Assembly (NCBI GenBank): GCA_023515725.1
Contig: JALDTO010000251.1
Span: forward strand, 806,001 to 870,000
Length of the DNA: 64,000 nt
Origin: Amoeboaphelidium protococcarum X5
Taxonomy: Eukaryota > Fungi > Aphelidiomycota
Direction of reading: 5' to 3'
In this document: positions 1 through 12,148 of the stretch, piece by piece
Numbering within the stretch: position 1 is the stretch's first letter
How the letters are laid out: each line of letters opens with the position of its first letter
Notes under the pieces: generated by a model
What the model was told of the DNA's origin: nothing
Databases searched by the model: none
Seen by the model: the letters and a program-made list of their open reading frames with translations, nothing else
Translations under genes and position numbers: made by a program

Positions 1-2
1 AT

Positions 3-398
3 TCACCTCCACAGTCTGCTTTGAACTTGAATATATCTTCGATACCGTAGAATGTGGTAAAGGAGATTAGGAACTGGACTTTGAAATCTGCGTCTTCTAT
101 CGCTAGTGATAATAAATAGGATCGCGAGCAAGCAAGTAAATGTTCTAAATGTTAGTCACTCCTTCTCAATGGTGCAATTCAGTGCGATAAATGCAAGTTC
201 AAATATGAGCAGTGCGTTGTGACTGGTAGCCCAGTGCTGAGTGAGGCTGTATCCGTGGGATGCTCTTCATGTAATCAGCTGGCGAATAAAGACGATTGGA
301 ATCATTATTTGGCAATTAAGAAGGCATGTCCCTGGTGCCTATAGATTTAAAAGCCAGTGTATGGTAAAAGTAACATCAGTCTTAAAAATGTAAAATGA
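3..398 (+). CDS. IFT172: Intraflagellar transport protein 172, C-terminal end (5'-partial)
   Basis: With TAR=Gln reads ...KEIRNWTLKS...KCSKCQ...CDKCKFKYEQCVVTGSPV...ANKDDWNHYL...CPWC...; resembles the IFT172 C-terminal Cys-rich region (EVRxWVL, CxxTGYP, ANKDxWN); TGA at 396-398. Confidence 0.8.
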
Positions 399-499
399 TG
401 TAAGATTCTAAAAATATATTGCATTGCTTGTTATTACTAAAACCATGCTCTTGCAAAATAGCTTCAATTCTGCTGTAGTGCAATTTTGGTTACTGTATT

Positions 500-2074
500 T
501 CACATTTCGAATAGCCTGAGTAAGTCTTCATCAGACATTGGTTTTATATTACCAGTAGTGTGATCCTTCTTCACCGCCGAAGGGGATGGAGCAGTCTCAC
601 GTTAAAGCTATTACCATGAAGTTTAAGCCCTTCTATACACATTAGCTTAATTGCCGCTGGTAGAGAGATCCAAGGTTGAACTATCAACAGACTTGACGGC
701 AGCATCAGCAGTCTCACTCGTCATCTATGAAGGAGGAGGAGGAGCATTCCAGATATCTGTGCGTGAGTGGACATGTTTTGTGTTGTCATTCAAACTATTA
801 ACTCCATTCCATCCAAGTGACGGCAGGGGAATAGACTTTTTCACTTCAAATTTCTGCTTCTTAACTCGACTACCACTATGATGATGATGATGATTAGAAC
901 TGGAATCCACTTACTAATCATCAGAGTCAACACGGCGTTTTCTATTGAGCAACTACTAACCTTATCCAATATTGGTCAGACTTTATTATGCTTTCAATTT
1001 CATAAACTGACACAGATTTCTAGCCATGTCATATGGTAGTATTTCAAAGTTATTGTGTGTATACAGAGGCTTAATCTGACCGCCATTAGCAGAATATGGT
1101 CTTTTAGGCATCAATTACTATGCCTATTTGTACGTCACCTCCACTTTCCCAATCCACTCCACCTCAAATGATAAGATCATGTAGTTGATGTCCGTATTGT
1201 TAGCATATTCATGACCATTGCTCAATGTAGAAGATGACGTGGAGGTGGCATTATCACGTTGCAGTTGAATCTATTGCGCACTACTATTGCGGGAACTAAT
1301 AATCCACTGATCATAACCAACTTCTCCAACATCAGATATCATCTTGGCATAGCCTTGGTAATGATCGCTGCCTTCCACAGTGAACAGAAGGTACAATTCA
1401 CATCCTCGTTTCTTCTGCTACAAGTACAATCGACTCAACTTTTCTGCCACAGATAGGCCGATCTGATAAGAGTTTATGAACCATACGCCATGTTATTGGG
1501 AGATCATTATATTCTCGAAATTGTCAGTCTATGCCAGTACATAACTATCCCCACTTCCACCACTGTGACTGGCTCTGTTGGAACGTTGATGGCTTCTATC
1601 TAACGCGTTAGCTGATTTATAAGGGTGATGCTTGTTGGCTCTCTTACGCTTTCGCCTTGACTTTTACTATGATCCAGGCGGTGGAGATATAATAGAAGTT
1701 GCACCAGTGTCAATCTTGACCCGTTAAGTTTGAATGTCATTATCACATGAGTACTTATCCTACTAAGATTGACCATCGCTGCGTTAACTCACCATCTCAG
1801 GCATGTCTCTGACATCTCTACTTGCTGCAGAACTCTGATCAACTTCTTCAGCGGGTGACTTATGACTGGCAAAAAACTATGTCTGACTTTTGCCATCACC
1901 ATCATCCTAAACATAATCATCATCAGTTCCATCATGGCCAGCTGAAGCAAAAGGATCATCGCGAAACTTGGAAATCTCATCAAGTCCAATAGTTTTAACA
2001 GATTCATTCTCCCATGAATCGTCATCATCGTCATCAACTATCAAATCTTCCAATATATCCTCTTCCAGAAGCAT
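500..2074 (-). CDS. YTH-domain (m6A reader-like) protein
   Basis: Single TGA-free frame; acidic N-terminus, then SYVLAQTDNFENIMISQQHGVW...KLSRLY...LYLLFTVEGSDHYQGYAKMISD...FEVEWI (YTH pattern); low-complexity tail. Confidence 0.8.
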
Positions 2075-2282
2075 ACGCTTTTTCTACTCAAGATAAGTCT
2101 GATTTCTAATTTACACCTTAGGAGCTGTCTGTATCAATGCCGAGCGTGTTTAAAGCAAAGAGAATTGTATTTGACGCGCGCGAAACTTTCTCTCGATGAT
2201 TTTTTTTGAAGATCTTTTGTATATCGCTGGACAGTTTTTAAATACTATACGCGTTATCGACTTACTGATAGAGAGTTGGGGA

Positions 2283-3611
2283 ATGTTGAGGATAAACAAG
2301 GCCTAATATTTATTACATGTTAGACTCGCTAGTTCCTATATCAAGTATAGTAGTTAGGCGACTGTCATTTAGCGGGATGATATCAAGCCGGCGAAAGGTG
2401 GCAGTAGTTGTGATCGATATTATGGACGACGTCAGGTACGAAGGGTTACCATAAGAGACTAAGTTAATGCTTACATCGCTTTGACTAAGCCACGATTATC
2501 AACACTCGTACTACTTACATCTGTATATGGCACCGCTCTGTCACCTTACACTTGCGCCATTGATCCATATCTCATGTTGCATACCATGGTGGGAATGTCG
2601 TTATGTATTGGATCAGCGAATGCTTTTAATCAGATCCTGGAAGTTCCGTATGATTAAATGATGCCGCGTACAAAGAAGAGACCTTTATGTACCAATTTGA
2701 ATTCTGGCGGTGGAATTAAATCGGTGTTAGAGCCGGTCATTAGTAGAAAGTAGGCGCTGACGTTTGCTATCGGCACTGGCCTAGTGGGATCTTTTACTCT
2801 TTTCTCGCTGCCAGTTTTGAATGCCGCTTGGACGTGTGGACTTTTAGGTACGTGTAATATCGCGCTGTATTCCATAATGTACACTTTGGCGAAGAGGCGG
2901 ACAGCTCTGAATACTCATATCGGTGCTGTGGTTGGTGCTATTCCGCCGCTTATAGGCTATGCTGCAACTATTCCAAGTGATGCCATGTCTACCACCTCCG
3001 TATTGGGTCTGTGTGGAATTGACTCGCTTGGTCTCAGTTTAGCTTTTATTCTTTACTGTTGGCAATTTCCACATTTTAATGCTCTATCATTCAGGATTAG
3101 GGACTAGTATAATAAGGCTGGTTACGTGATGAATTCCATTTATAGAGAGCGGTATTCAGCTTTTGAATCGCTACTTGGTTCCATAGGCATTGCTGCCGGA
3201 TCGTTGTGGACTTATCAGGCTGGACTTTCGTGCCTCGGAAGTATTGAATAACATCATTAGTTGCTGAGTGCATATTTCCCTGTGCTCAGCCTCGCTGTAA
3301 ATGCCCCTATGATATACTACAGTTACCGATTCTTCCGTTCATTTGATGGAGAGCCGTGGTTCAAAACTGATCCACAGTCATGTACATCTGTAATGCGACC
3401 GAACTATTCTTTGGGGAAGTAAAGCGTTTAATAATCTGCTGATCATGATAGTGGAGAACGTTAAAAGTAACATACACGTAAAGAATCTGCGCGACTCTGC
3501 TTTAAGGCTTCCCTCTATCATTTACCTGCTCTGATTCTACTAATGCTGCTGTGCAAATCTGAATGGCGAAACAAGTAAAAGTAAGATTCTAACATTGCAG
3601 AGTAATCTTGA
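2283..3611 (+). CDS. COX10: Protoheme IX farnesyltransferase (heme O synthase)
   Basis: LTKPRLSTLV, NAFNQILEVPYDQMMPRTKKRPL, YTLAKRRTALNTHIGAVVGAIPPLIG, WQFPHFNALS, FKASLYHLP motifs in one frame. Confidence 0.95.
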
Positions 3612-3738
3612 TTGAAAAGTGCGCGATAAATAGATAGATTTCTAATACTTGCTATTGTAAGAATTATATATTAACATGACTTTAATTTGACACTTCCCAT
3701 ACTTTTTATTTATAGGCGGCAATTATCAATCTGATTTG

Positions 3739-4378
3739 TCACTTTTAAACTTTAAACATTGATGCAGCAGAGTTGGTCAGACGTCTCTTTTTCTACACGT
3801 AGCATTCTGAGAACACGTATAAACAAATTTGAAAATGTTACCTTATTTGACTTGCGACGTCCATCAATGATAACAACGTTGGGTAGAGTTCTTTTGGTAG
3901 ATGCATGTTAATCAGAGTACCCTGTGAATGCAGTCAAATCTTGTTCAGATACGCGGTGTTCCCATTACAATGGTACGTTCGACTCGTTTCGCGTTAGAGA
4001 TTGACGACTTTGATTATGAGGATTCTGAAACAACAATTATTATTGAGATCGATCAGACGATGAAACCATGGACGGTGGACTATACTGCAGTGATGATTAT
4101 AATGAGCAGTCTGTTTATGTTGAAGTATCACGTGTTTGAGGTAGTGCTTTTTAATGCTTTTACTCCATGGCACTTAAGAGCTCACTGACCAATTTTTAAC
4201 CAATATTCTGGAATTCTTCTTTTGCTTGATTGATCGAGTTTTGACTGTGTTACGCTTGACTTTGAACCAGCTCTGACAACGCGTTTTCTTGAGAGGATAA
4301 CTTATTCATTACTCCTCGTTATATCTCTGATAGAATTTACTTAATCACGGCAATGTCGATAGCTATACGTGCGTCCAT
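3739..4378 (-). CDS. Hypothetical protein with N-terminal coiled coil and basic C-terminus
   Basis: ATG at 4378, Gln-rich helical frame; probable ~49-nt intron (about 3793-3841) giving RRKSNK/KKRRLTNS... then TGA; no family recognised. Confidence 0.5.
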
Positions 4379-4982
4379 ATTGAAATTTTGGGTGTTGTAA
4401 ATATCAATAATACTCACTCCAGACGCGTTTGGGAGAAAGGGTGATGGATCAAATCTGAGTGGAAACAAAAAAGATGCATAATTTTCAGTCGTTTCACATT
4501 GTCACTAGTTATCTAAACCAGTGCGAGAGTGAACTATACTTAATGTAACACTTTATCCTCTTACGTATATTGAACTTTTACTCACCGTTCAATAGGCTTT
4601 TCCTACGGCTCAGCTGTGTTGAGAGGGAGCATACTACAGTACTACAAGCCGCGTTACGTGTTTTGATCATGCCGCGAACTATCTGCAATTTGAAAAATTG
4701 TGAAATTGAAGATCTTAAGTACGCTCCATGAGTAATAAAATTTACGAGAGATCAATTTAAAGTGCAATATTTGTAAGATAGCGCGTATATTTGCCTTTAA
4801 TACCTTAAAAATCAGTAATGATAACAGCGAAAGAAACAGAAATGCGGAGCACTTGGATACATCTTGCCATCACGAACGCTTTATTAAGGGGTTATCTCTG
4901 CAGTATCTTTCGGTCAAACATTCTCTCTCATTAAAGTCATTAATTAACAGCGAAGCTAATCAGTAATTCAGAAGTAAACACC

Positions 4983-6319
4983 ATGAGCTGTCACCAACCT
5001 GCGGGATTTGAGAATGTCAATGCAGGTAATTAGTAGTTATTATTTGACCTTTGCAACGCCGTTCACGTCATGTCAAGTGTGTAGATCATTGTGACGATCA
5101 AGGTCAAGTCTCTTGTCAAGACACTGTGATTATCGTTAATCCTGGTAATTCTGGCCGTAATCATCATCATAATCCCGGTTATCCTCAACCTGGTCATGGT
5201 CATAATCATTACAATAATCCACATCATTGTCCCCCAGGCCCGCCTGTTTACAATCCAATGCCGCAACCATGTCCACCTGGTTATAACCCATATCCACAAC
5301 CGTATGAGCCTATCCCTTAACCATTGCCTTCTTATGGTCACGGTCACCACCATCATCATCATCCAACTCCATGTGTGCCTTATAATCCATCTGTCAGATA
5401 TGGAAATTATGACGCGAAAGTCCCACCAAAAGTTAGATCTAGTCCATCTGACATGTCGCTATTCCATGGTTAGCCTGTGACGTGCTTGCCCAGATAGAAT
5501 ATCATGCTACCACACCATCCTTCATTTCCCGCTGCTAAAGTTGATCGCAATAATTCTGGTGTCGTATCTTATTCCTAATAACTGACTAAAAGTGCAGATG
5601 CTCTGCTGGAATATTTGTTCCTGTATGGGTAGGAACGTCCTTAGCTCAAGCTGATTATTACAGGATCTCATGAAGAGTTGCGCCAGACTTTTGGAGTTGG
5701 TCACCATCATAATCTTAACCATAATCATCATCATCATCATTAGGATAACCATATCGGTCATCACCATCACAATCACAATTAACACGCGATAAAGACTCAT
5801 ATAGTGGATTTCAAATTGGATTTGGATATTAGCGGTTTTGTCAATGAGCAATGGTCCGCCTGCTTGTTGAATGGACCTGATTTAAAGTGTAAACTGGAAG
5901 AGTTTGTGAACAGTGAGAGCTCAATGAAGGAGATTGAATGTGGAAAGAGTATCAGTGGTTGGAACATTGAATAATTGCTGAATTAAATCAGTTGGGTTGT
6001 CCGCACCCAGGCCATGTATCCTACTGACCGTAAATTGAAAATTGAGTTCTAGGTTGGTAACAGCGTTATCAAGGCGTGCTCTAATACTTCTGCGATGAAG
6101 ATGTCCAATAGTGTGCTGGTCTAGATTTTGTGTTTCCTCTCCTGTTTGTGGATCATTGTCTATCCTATATTCTTGTGTATGCGTAGCTCATTCAATCAAG
6201 TTTTGTACTTTGACTACAATGTCAAGGTTGATTAGAACGATTTTATTCATAGAATCACCCCAATGATCCAAGATGCGGTGATGAATAAGAGGAAAATCTC
6301 AGCAACTTTAGGCTGCTGA
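4983..6319 (+). CDS. His/Pro-rich N-terminus plus fungal-type uncharacterised domain with C-terminal hydrophobic segment
   Basis: Intron 5026-5084 (GTAATT...GTAG); poly-His and PYP-rich tracts, then RPQLKLIITGSHEE...VDFKLDLDIS...KSISGWN...LCFLSCLWIIVYPIF. Confidence 0.7.
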
Positions 6320-6609
6320 ATTCAATATGAGCTGCTCTTTACTCAATATATATGATAAAATTTATTATGTTCTTGAATTCCTTGCCAATTGTGGGAGGCT
6401 TAGTTACACAGGCACGTTCTCTCTATCTATCTATCTGTGTCTATGTCTTCTAAATACAGCGGAACGCGATTCCTCGTTGCTCGTCACAGGCGAGTCTCAA
6501 CGCGCCTCTGTTCATTCATTCATTCATTCAATCGTTCTTTCCTTTCTTCTTCAACGTTGTCTTGAAAGAATTGTTATTATTATAATATTGTAGACTATTT
6601 CGACTCGCT

Positions 6610-7627
6610 ATGATTGCAGAAGAGGTATGTTCCTACACCTCTTATAGTTTTGGATAATAATGATTAATTTGGTATCTTGTAGGGAGTGAATAAAGTTATT
6701 GGAGTGTCCACTGAGATCAAGAGAACAGGAACTTCAGTGCCGGTGGAGTCTGATGATGGTAAGCCGCGCTATTTGGCCCTATTCGAGTGGAAGGTTAATG
6801 TGCATGAGAGCAGTAAGCGTAAGGGCCGACGTGGACAGATTGAAAAGTATGTGGAAAAGGTGGAATTCAAATTGCATCCAACGTTTACTGATCCTGTGCG
6901 TTTCGTTGATCAGTTGCCATTTGAGTTGCGCGAGTAAGGCTATGGCTCGTTCGATCTCGAGATTGTGCTTCATTTCAAGGACGGTCTACATGAACCATTC
7001 TCTATCACTCATCCAATTATGCTGGACAAGGGCAGCTATGAGTAGCATTATGATTTTGTGGCTACAGATGCCAAGTCTTAGTTTGTGGATCTTTTGAAGT
7101 AGTCTGTTCCGTAGTAAGTAGCATCAGCATCAACTTCTGCTGGTAATAATAATGATAAACAGAAGCTGGATACAACTTCTGGTGGTGCCAGTGAGCCTGC
7201 GGAGAAGAAGCGAAGAGTGTCTAGAACTGTCGCTGCTGCTCCGACTAGTTCAGGCAGTGTTGCTTCTGCAACTGCTGCATCATCGTAGAAAGTGAAAAGT
7301 GTTGGTAACGCGTCATCTTAATCTCATTAGCACTAAAATCATCACGCTCCGTAGCAATAGAATGGAAAAGTCATTGAAAAGTCTTCAACAATAGATCCTG
7401 TGGATATGCTTTTTGGATTAGATGTTGACAAGTTGGCTGATGCTCTCTACGGATTACAAGGTAATGCCATTATGAGCGCCGTAGAGATTGTAAAGAAACA
7501 CAGGTAGAACAGCACTTATATTCACGAAGATCCGTCTGAATTTCACTTTGACTTGTACACTCTACCCCGGGAAGGTGTCATTGAGCTCTGGAACTTTTGT
7601 ACTTCTGTTGGAGGATAATAGAGCTGA
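6610..7627 (+). CDS. TAF14: YEATS plus ET-domain chromatin protein (Taf14-like)
   Basis: Intron 6625-6682; EKVEFKLHPTFTDPVR..PFELREQGYGSFD (YEATS) and C-terminal LDVDKLADAL...EFHFDLYTLP...ELWNF. Confidence 0.88.
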
Positions 7628-7805
7628 AATTACTCTCATCATGTGTAATGAGTAGTCATGAAAATACTATGAACAATAATGCAGTGTATTTAGTTAAATT
7701 CTCAATCTTATTTTGAAATTCACTGACTGGCGGTATATTGTGCTTCATAACTCTCCAAGCTAGAGAGTTAGTTAACAGCACTCGAATAGTTAGTTATTCA
7801 TTCAT

Positions 7806-9593
7806 TCATTCATTAGTGAGGATAACTTTGAGCATCAAATTGTGACTCTTGGCGATAACATTGAGAATATCCTGGTCAGTCTCCACATCAGCAAAGACCT
7901 TGTCCATAAGAGGGCCATGTTGACTTCGCCTCTTCTAGCAGAGCACACGATAAGTGGCAGACTCGTCAGTGTTCAGACCACAACCGTTTTCCATGATTAG
8001 CTGCAGTATACGCTTTGTAAGGATATCAGACTCTGGATTGATATTGGTGAAAGCTGAGCGGCGGACACTTGTCATAACAATAGTAGTCTACCCATGCACT
8101 TCAACGTGGCACTCAATATTAACGCGAGTCTAATGGCGGTATTTTTATATGGTTGAACTGCCACGTCTCTTGATATCCCGCTAAGCTTGCACATACTTGG
8201 ACTCAAATTCTTGATCCAGCTTGAAATCATCTTGGGCATACTTTGCAGATATTGATGCTACCAGATTGACAGCGGCGCGCTCATAGTACGCACCGCCGCC
8301 ACCACCACCATTGGCACCCATTGATGCGTTGTTCTCATTCCCTTCCGACTTGTACGATGGATAATCGAGAACGTTAGCAGATGCTTTGTCAAGTTGTGTC
8401 TGATCTAATTCAGAGGACATACTTCGCTTCATACCCACCAGAGGACTTTAGTACACTTTGAATGTCTGAGAGCGACCGACATTCTTCACCAATCGGACAT
8501 CCTTCATGTTGTTGCGCAAGGCTAGCCATTTTCGCTTCTTGGGTGGAGATGAGGTGACGGTGTCATCATCATCAGCAGCATTAGCATTAGCATTAGATGA
8601 TGGCTAGCTCTTCTCTTGCACGAATGAATCTTCATCTTCAGCGAATTCTTGCTAAGCCTCAATCAATTATTATTCAATGGAATGTAGCCGTTAGACAGCC
8701 GATGGTCTTCTAGACTCATTATGTGAAGATGGAGGCGAATTAACATCCAGCTCAGGTATCTGATCTAGTATCTGACTGCGGCGATAAGAGCTAGACTTTT
8801 AATACGCATTTGTGCCACCTGTACTCCGCGAGCTGAAGCTATTCGGGTACAGAAATGATGAGGAGGTGGTAGATGATCCAGAAATGGAATTGGCACGATC
8901 AGATATTGCGCAGAGGGTGGATATATCAGTGCAACCGGAGGCACTAAGAGGGGCAGATTCATCAATTGCAGTAACGGCTGTTGGCACTCTACCATGCAAA
9001 ATTGGCGTAGTGTCCAGAATATCCTGACTGTAAGCATTGACAACATCATAAATAGAGTCAGCAGCATCATCGATATCGTACACGGAAGTGGGAATTTACT
9101 GCAGAGTATTGGTATTGTTTTTGCTAAGCGCGTGTGATAATCGCTTGCTTGGTGACGCGTTATCAGCAGCAGAGGCACTAAGTACACGTAAACTATCACG
9201 GTTGAGACGCGTTATGAGATTAGTATCAACTTACAAGCCCGTCCGCTTCTTTGCTACCAGAGCCTTGTCGGTATTATCTTCATTTTCTGTCATGATATTC
9301 TTGGTTGACCTTTTCTCACCATCACCGACTTCATCACTATCATCGTTATTATCCGCGATGGTGAACAGCTTCTTCAGCGTGGAGGTCTTTGATTCTCCAT
9401 CCACAGAGGGTTGAAACAATCGCAGATTTGCAAATAATTTAGATTTACTTTTACCAGCTTTCTTGGTCTTATTATTGTTATTACTCTCTGAATTAGCAGT
9501 AGCAGTATTAATATCCGTATCAAGATCTTGATGGGGCTATTACTTGATCATCATGTCTTAAGAGGGCATTTACGGCGATAACAGTCCAGACAT
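7806..9593 (-). CDS. Ser-rich low-complexity protein with possible C-terminal PB1-like domain
   Basis: About 595 codons without TGA, joining supplied ORFs 9231, 8799 and 8181; C-terminus VFADVETDQDILNVI...LKVIL resembles a PB1 acidic motif. Confidence 0.65.
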
Positions 9594-9940
9594 TGAATGG
9601 CGTGATTATAAACTGATATTAAACAATTATTACCTAAAAATAATAAGAATACAGCACTACTTAGTAAGAAGATGAAAGTTTAGATTAATCTTAAGAGATG
9701 ACAAATTAACACAAATCGGAGGTGTGACAGCGAAAATTTAATTTCTAATGGCTGTTACACTCAGACACAAACTGTTATTGGCCACGACGGTGCCACAAAA
9801 CGATCACACGCAATGTGTAAGATGGTGTTTACGATCTAAAAAAATACTGTTTATCTAAAATTCCTGATTATGATTATAAAGTCTATATTATATATGATAC
9901 GATTCATTTAACGTGAAAGTGTACATAGAAGTGATAGCTA

Positions 9941-11193
9941 TCAGTCGACTTACTATTAAGTGGGTCGAAAGGATTTGACACAATGCTCTATGAGTTCTTA
10001 TTCCACATTGGGAAATGTGTTGAAGCTTGGAAAATAATTTAGATCAACCACAACTCCAACCATTTACTCTTATGATGATGATGAAGCGATATTGGAAGCA
10101 CTATCAGTATCCGTAGAGACAACAATAACATCCAATCCAAATAGAGTTATCCCAAACTGCTGACTTACGCGATCGATCATTGATCGTAACTAATTTTGAT
10201 GCTCCTGAATCCATTTAATTTCCTTACAATCTTCCACATTTATACCAGTTTCAAAAATGTCCCGCTATTACGACTAATCATCCACAGTAAATTGCTTTGG
10301 AATCTATTATGAATTAAACTATACCAAGTCCTTATCTATATCACTACGAACACTTGGTCGATACTCGATATGAATCTTTGAGCCGATCGCGTATAACTTT
10401 ACCAAAACACCGCCGTGTCTCAGAAATGGTTACACAATCCAGCTATTAGCATTATCGCTACTGTTCTAATAGTTGAGAAATTGATTGATCTTATCTCTTG
10501 ATGGCCTAGTCATTATAGTCATTTAATGAGATATTTTCTTTGCACACGCAACAACATTCTTTGTAACTACACACATACACATTTACTGTACTTACAGTGA
10601 CGCGGTGTTAATATCATACAAACGACTCAATAGATTGGCTTACTAATGGGGTATTGACAATCTTCTACCCGCTATATAAAGTCACTCATAAGCGTGTAAT
10701 TAACACACCGAAACTCTGTGAGGCCATCTAAAGCTATAGACATTTAATCCAGTATGTAGTCGCGAGTCAACAATTTCTCGACAACCATAAGAGGATCTAT
10801 AACCAGCGTATCATGTAATCTTGCCTACAAAACATAGGAATCAATATAATTCCCCCATACAGTGTATCATTATTTAGATTAATAATCACTTACCTAAAAT
10901 GCTTAATACTCCCTAAGAGAGTCGCTGTCCTGATCGCCAAGGATATCCGTAATCTTTTATAGCACCACATCCACTGGACGCGTCAGATCATCTCTCATGT
11001 TGAATACTACCACATTATCAAATCTACAACATTTTATGTGAATTTTTCGTTATCAAACCATTGTATCAGAATATCATGAACAGTGCTCTTACTTTTACTG
11101 CTAATTAATTAGATTCTATACCCATCCATGGCGAAACTTTTTGGAATTCATATACAGCCCAATGCGAATTACTTGTTATTCAGGTGCGCTCAT
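9941..11193 (-). CDS. ITPK1: Inositol-tetrakisphosphate 1-kinase (ATP-grasp), three introns
   Basis: IGLYMNSKK, VDVVLQKITD, IVQPFLRHGGVLVKLYAIG, FGITLFGLDVIV, VVDLNYFPSF; three GTAAG..TAG introns restore the frame. Confidence 0.9.
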
Positions 11194-11405
11194 TTTACTA
11201 TACTCCCTATGGTCAATTATGATAATAATACAACTACAAAATAAATTAAAACTTAATTAGAATTTAAGTCGACTTTGGCAAATCTCCTTAAACAACCTTT
11301 CCTACTTTCTCTTTACTAAGCTGAAATCTTCTTCGGATCTCGGTAGTCTAACATTAAGTAGTTTGATTGACCATATTATCGCCGATTCTTTGATTGATAA
11401 TAGGA

Positions 11406-11807
11406 ATGGCAGAAACTATTACAAGAGATCTAATGTCCTTTGTCACTGTGCCTCTGGTTGAGAATCCAAGATTAAAAGGCTTAAATCAGCTGTAGTAAGA
11501 TAGGCTGAATGCGTCTGTCAAATCAGATTAAATACGTGTGCAAGACCGGACAGTTAAAATTTAATTGAAATGTCTTAAATGCAAACTTAGGGATCCCAAT
11601 AATAATAATAGCTTAGACGTGAGTATTAAGTCAACGCTGGATAATCTTTATAAAGCAGTGGAACAGATGATGGTCTTGGAAGAAGATTAATCATTCAAAC
11701 TGCTGAATGGAGGTAAAGTGTTGCCGCGAGACTCTAGCGATACGCGGCTAATTGATGCTAATATAAATGCAGATGTTACCCTGACCGTTATGGGCATGAA
11801 AAAGTGA
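11406..11807 (+). CDS. Ubiquitin-like domain protein (possibly Get5/Mdy2-like)
   Basis: 133 aa; VKIQLKCLK...STLDNLYKAV...FKLLNGGKVL...LTVMGMK beta-grasp pattern after a short N-terminal helix. Confidence 0.7.
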
Positions 11808-12148
11808 TAATATATGTTATAAAGTAACATTTATTACACGGCAAAAATACTGGTATTTCCCGCGTCTCATCTTTTGCTGATCGCGCTTTACATTTAACAA
11901 GTGGTTCTGAACACTAAAATGTAACAGCACCGCGAGTAGATAACTTCACCAAACTTGAAAACTATTTGGATGTATACTATAAAACTAATGGAAATATCTT
12001 AAGCACTTTGTTGGGCGTTGTGGGAGAGCAGCTAAACATCCAACCTGTCAATTCGACGATCAATCGTTTTGTTTCGCGCGCGTCTTTTGCTCTTTCCCTC
12101 CTTTCCTTCAATTCCGTTTCTCCCCTTTACAAATCTTGCACTAGGTAA

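Noticed and set aside
7796-7813. (TGAA)n tracts after stops as all-frame backup terminators (also about 29650)
   Set aside because: The same microsatellite also occurs upstream of TAF14 (6511-6530) and in the COA1 intron; too few cases
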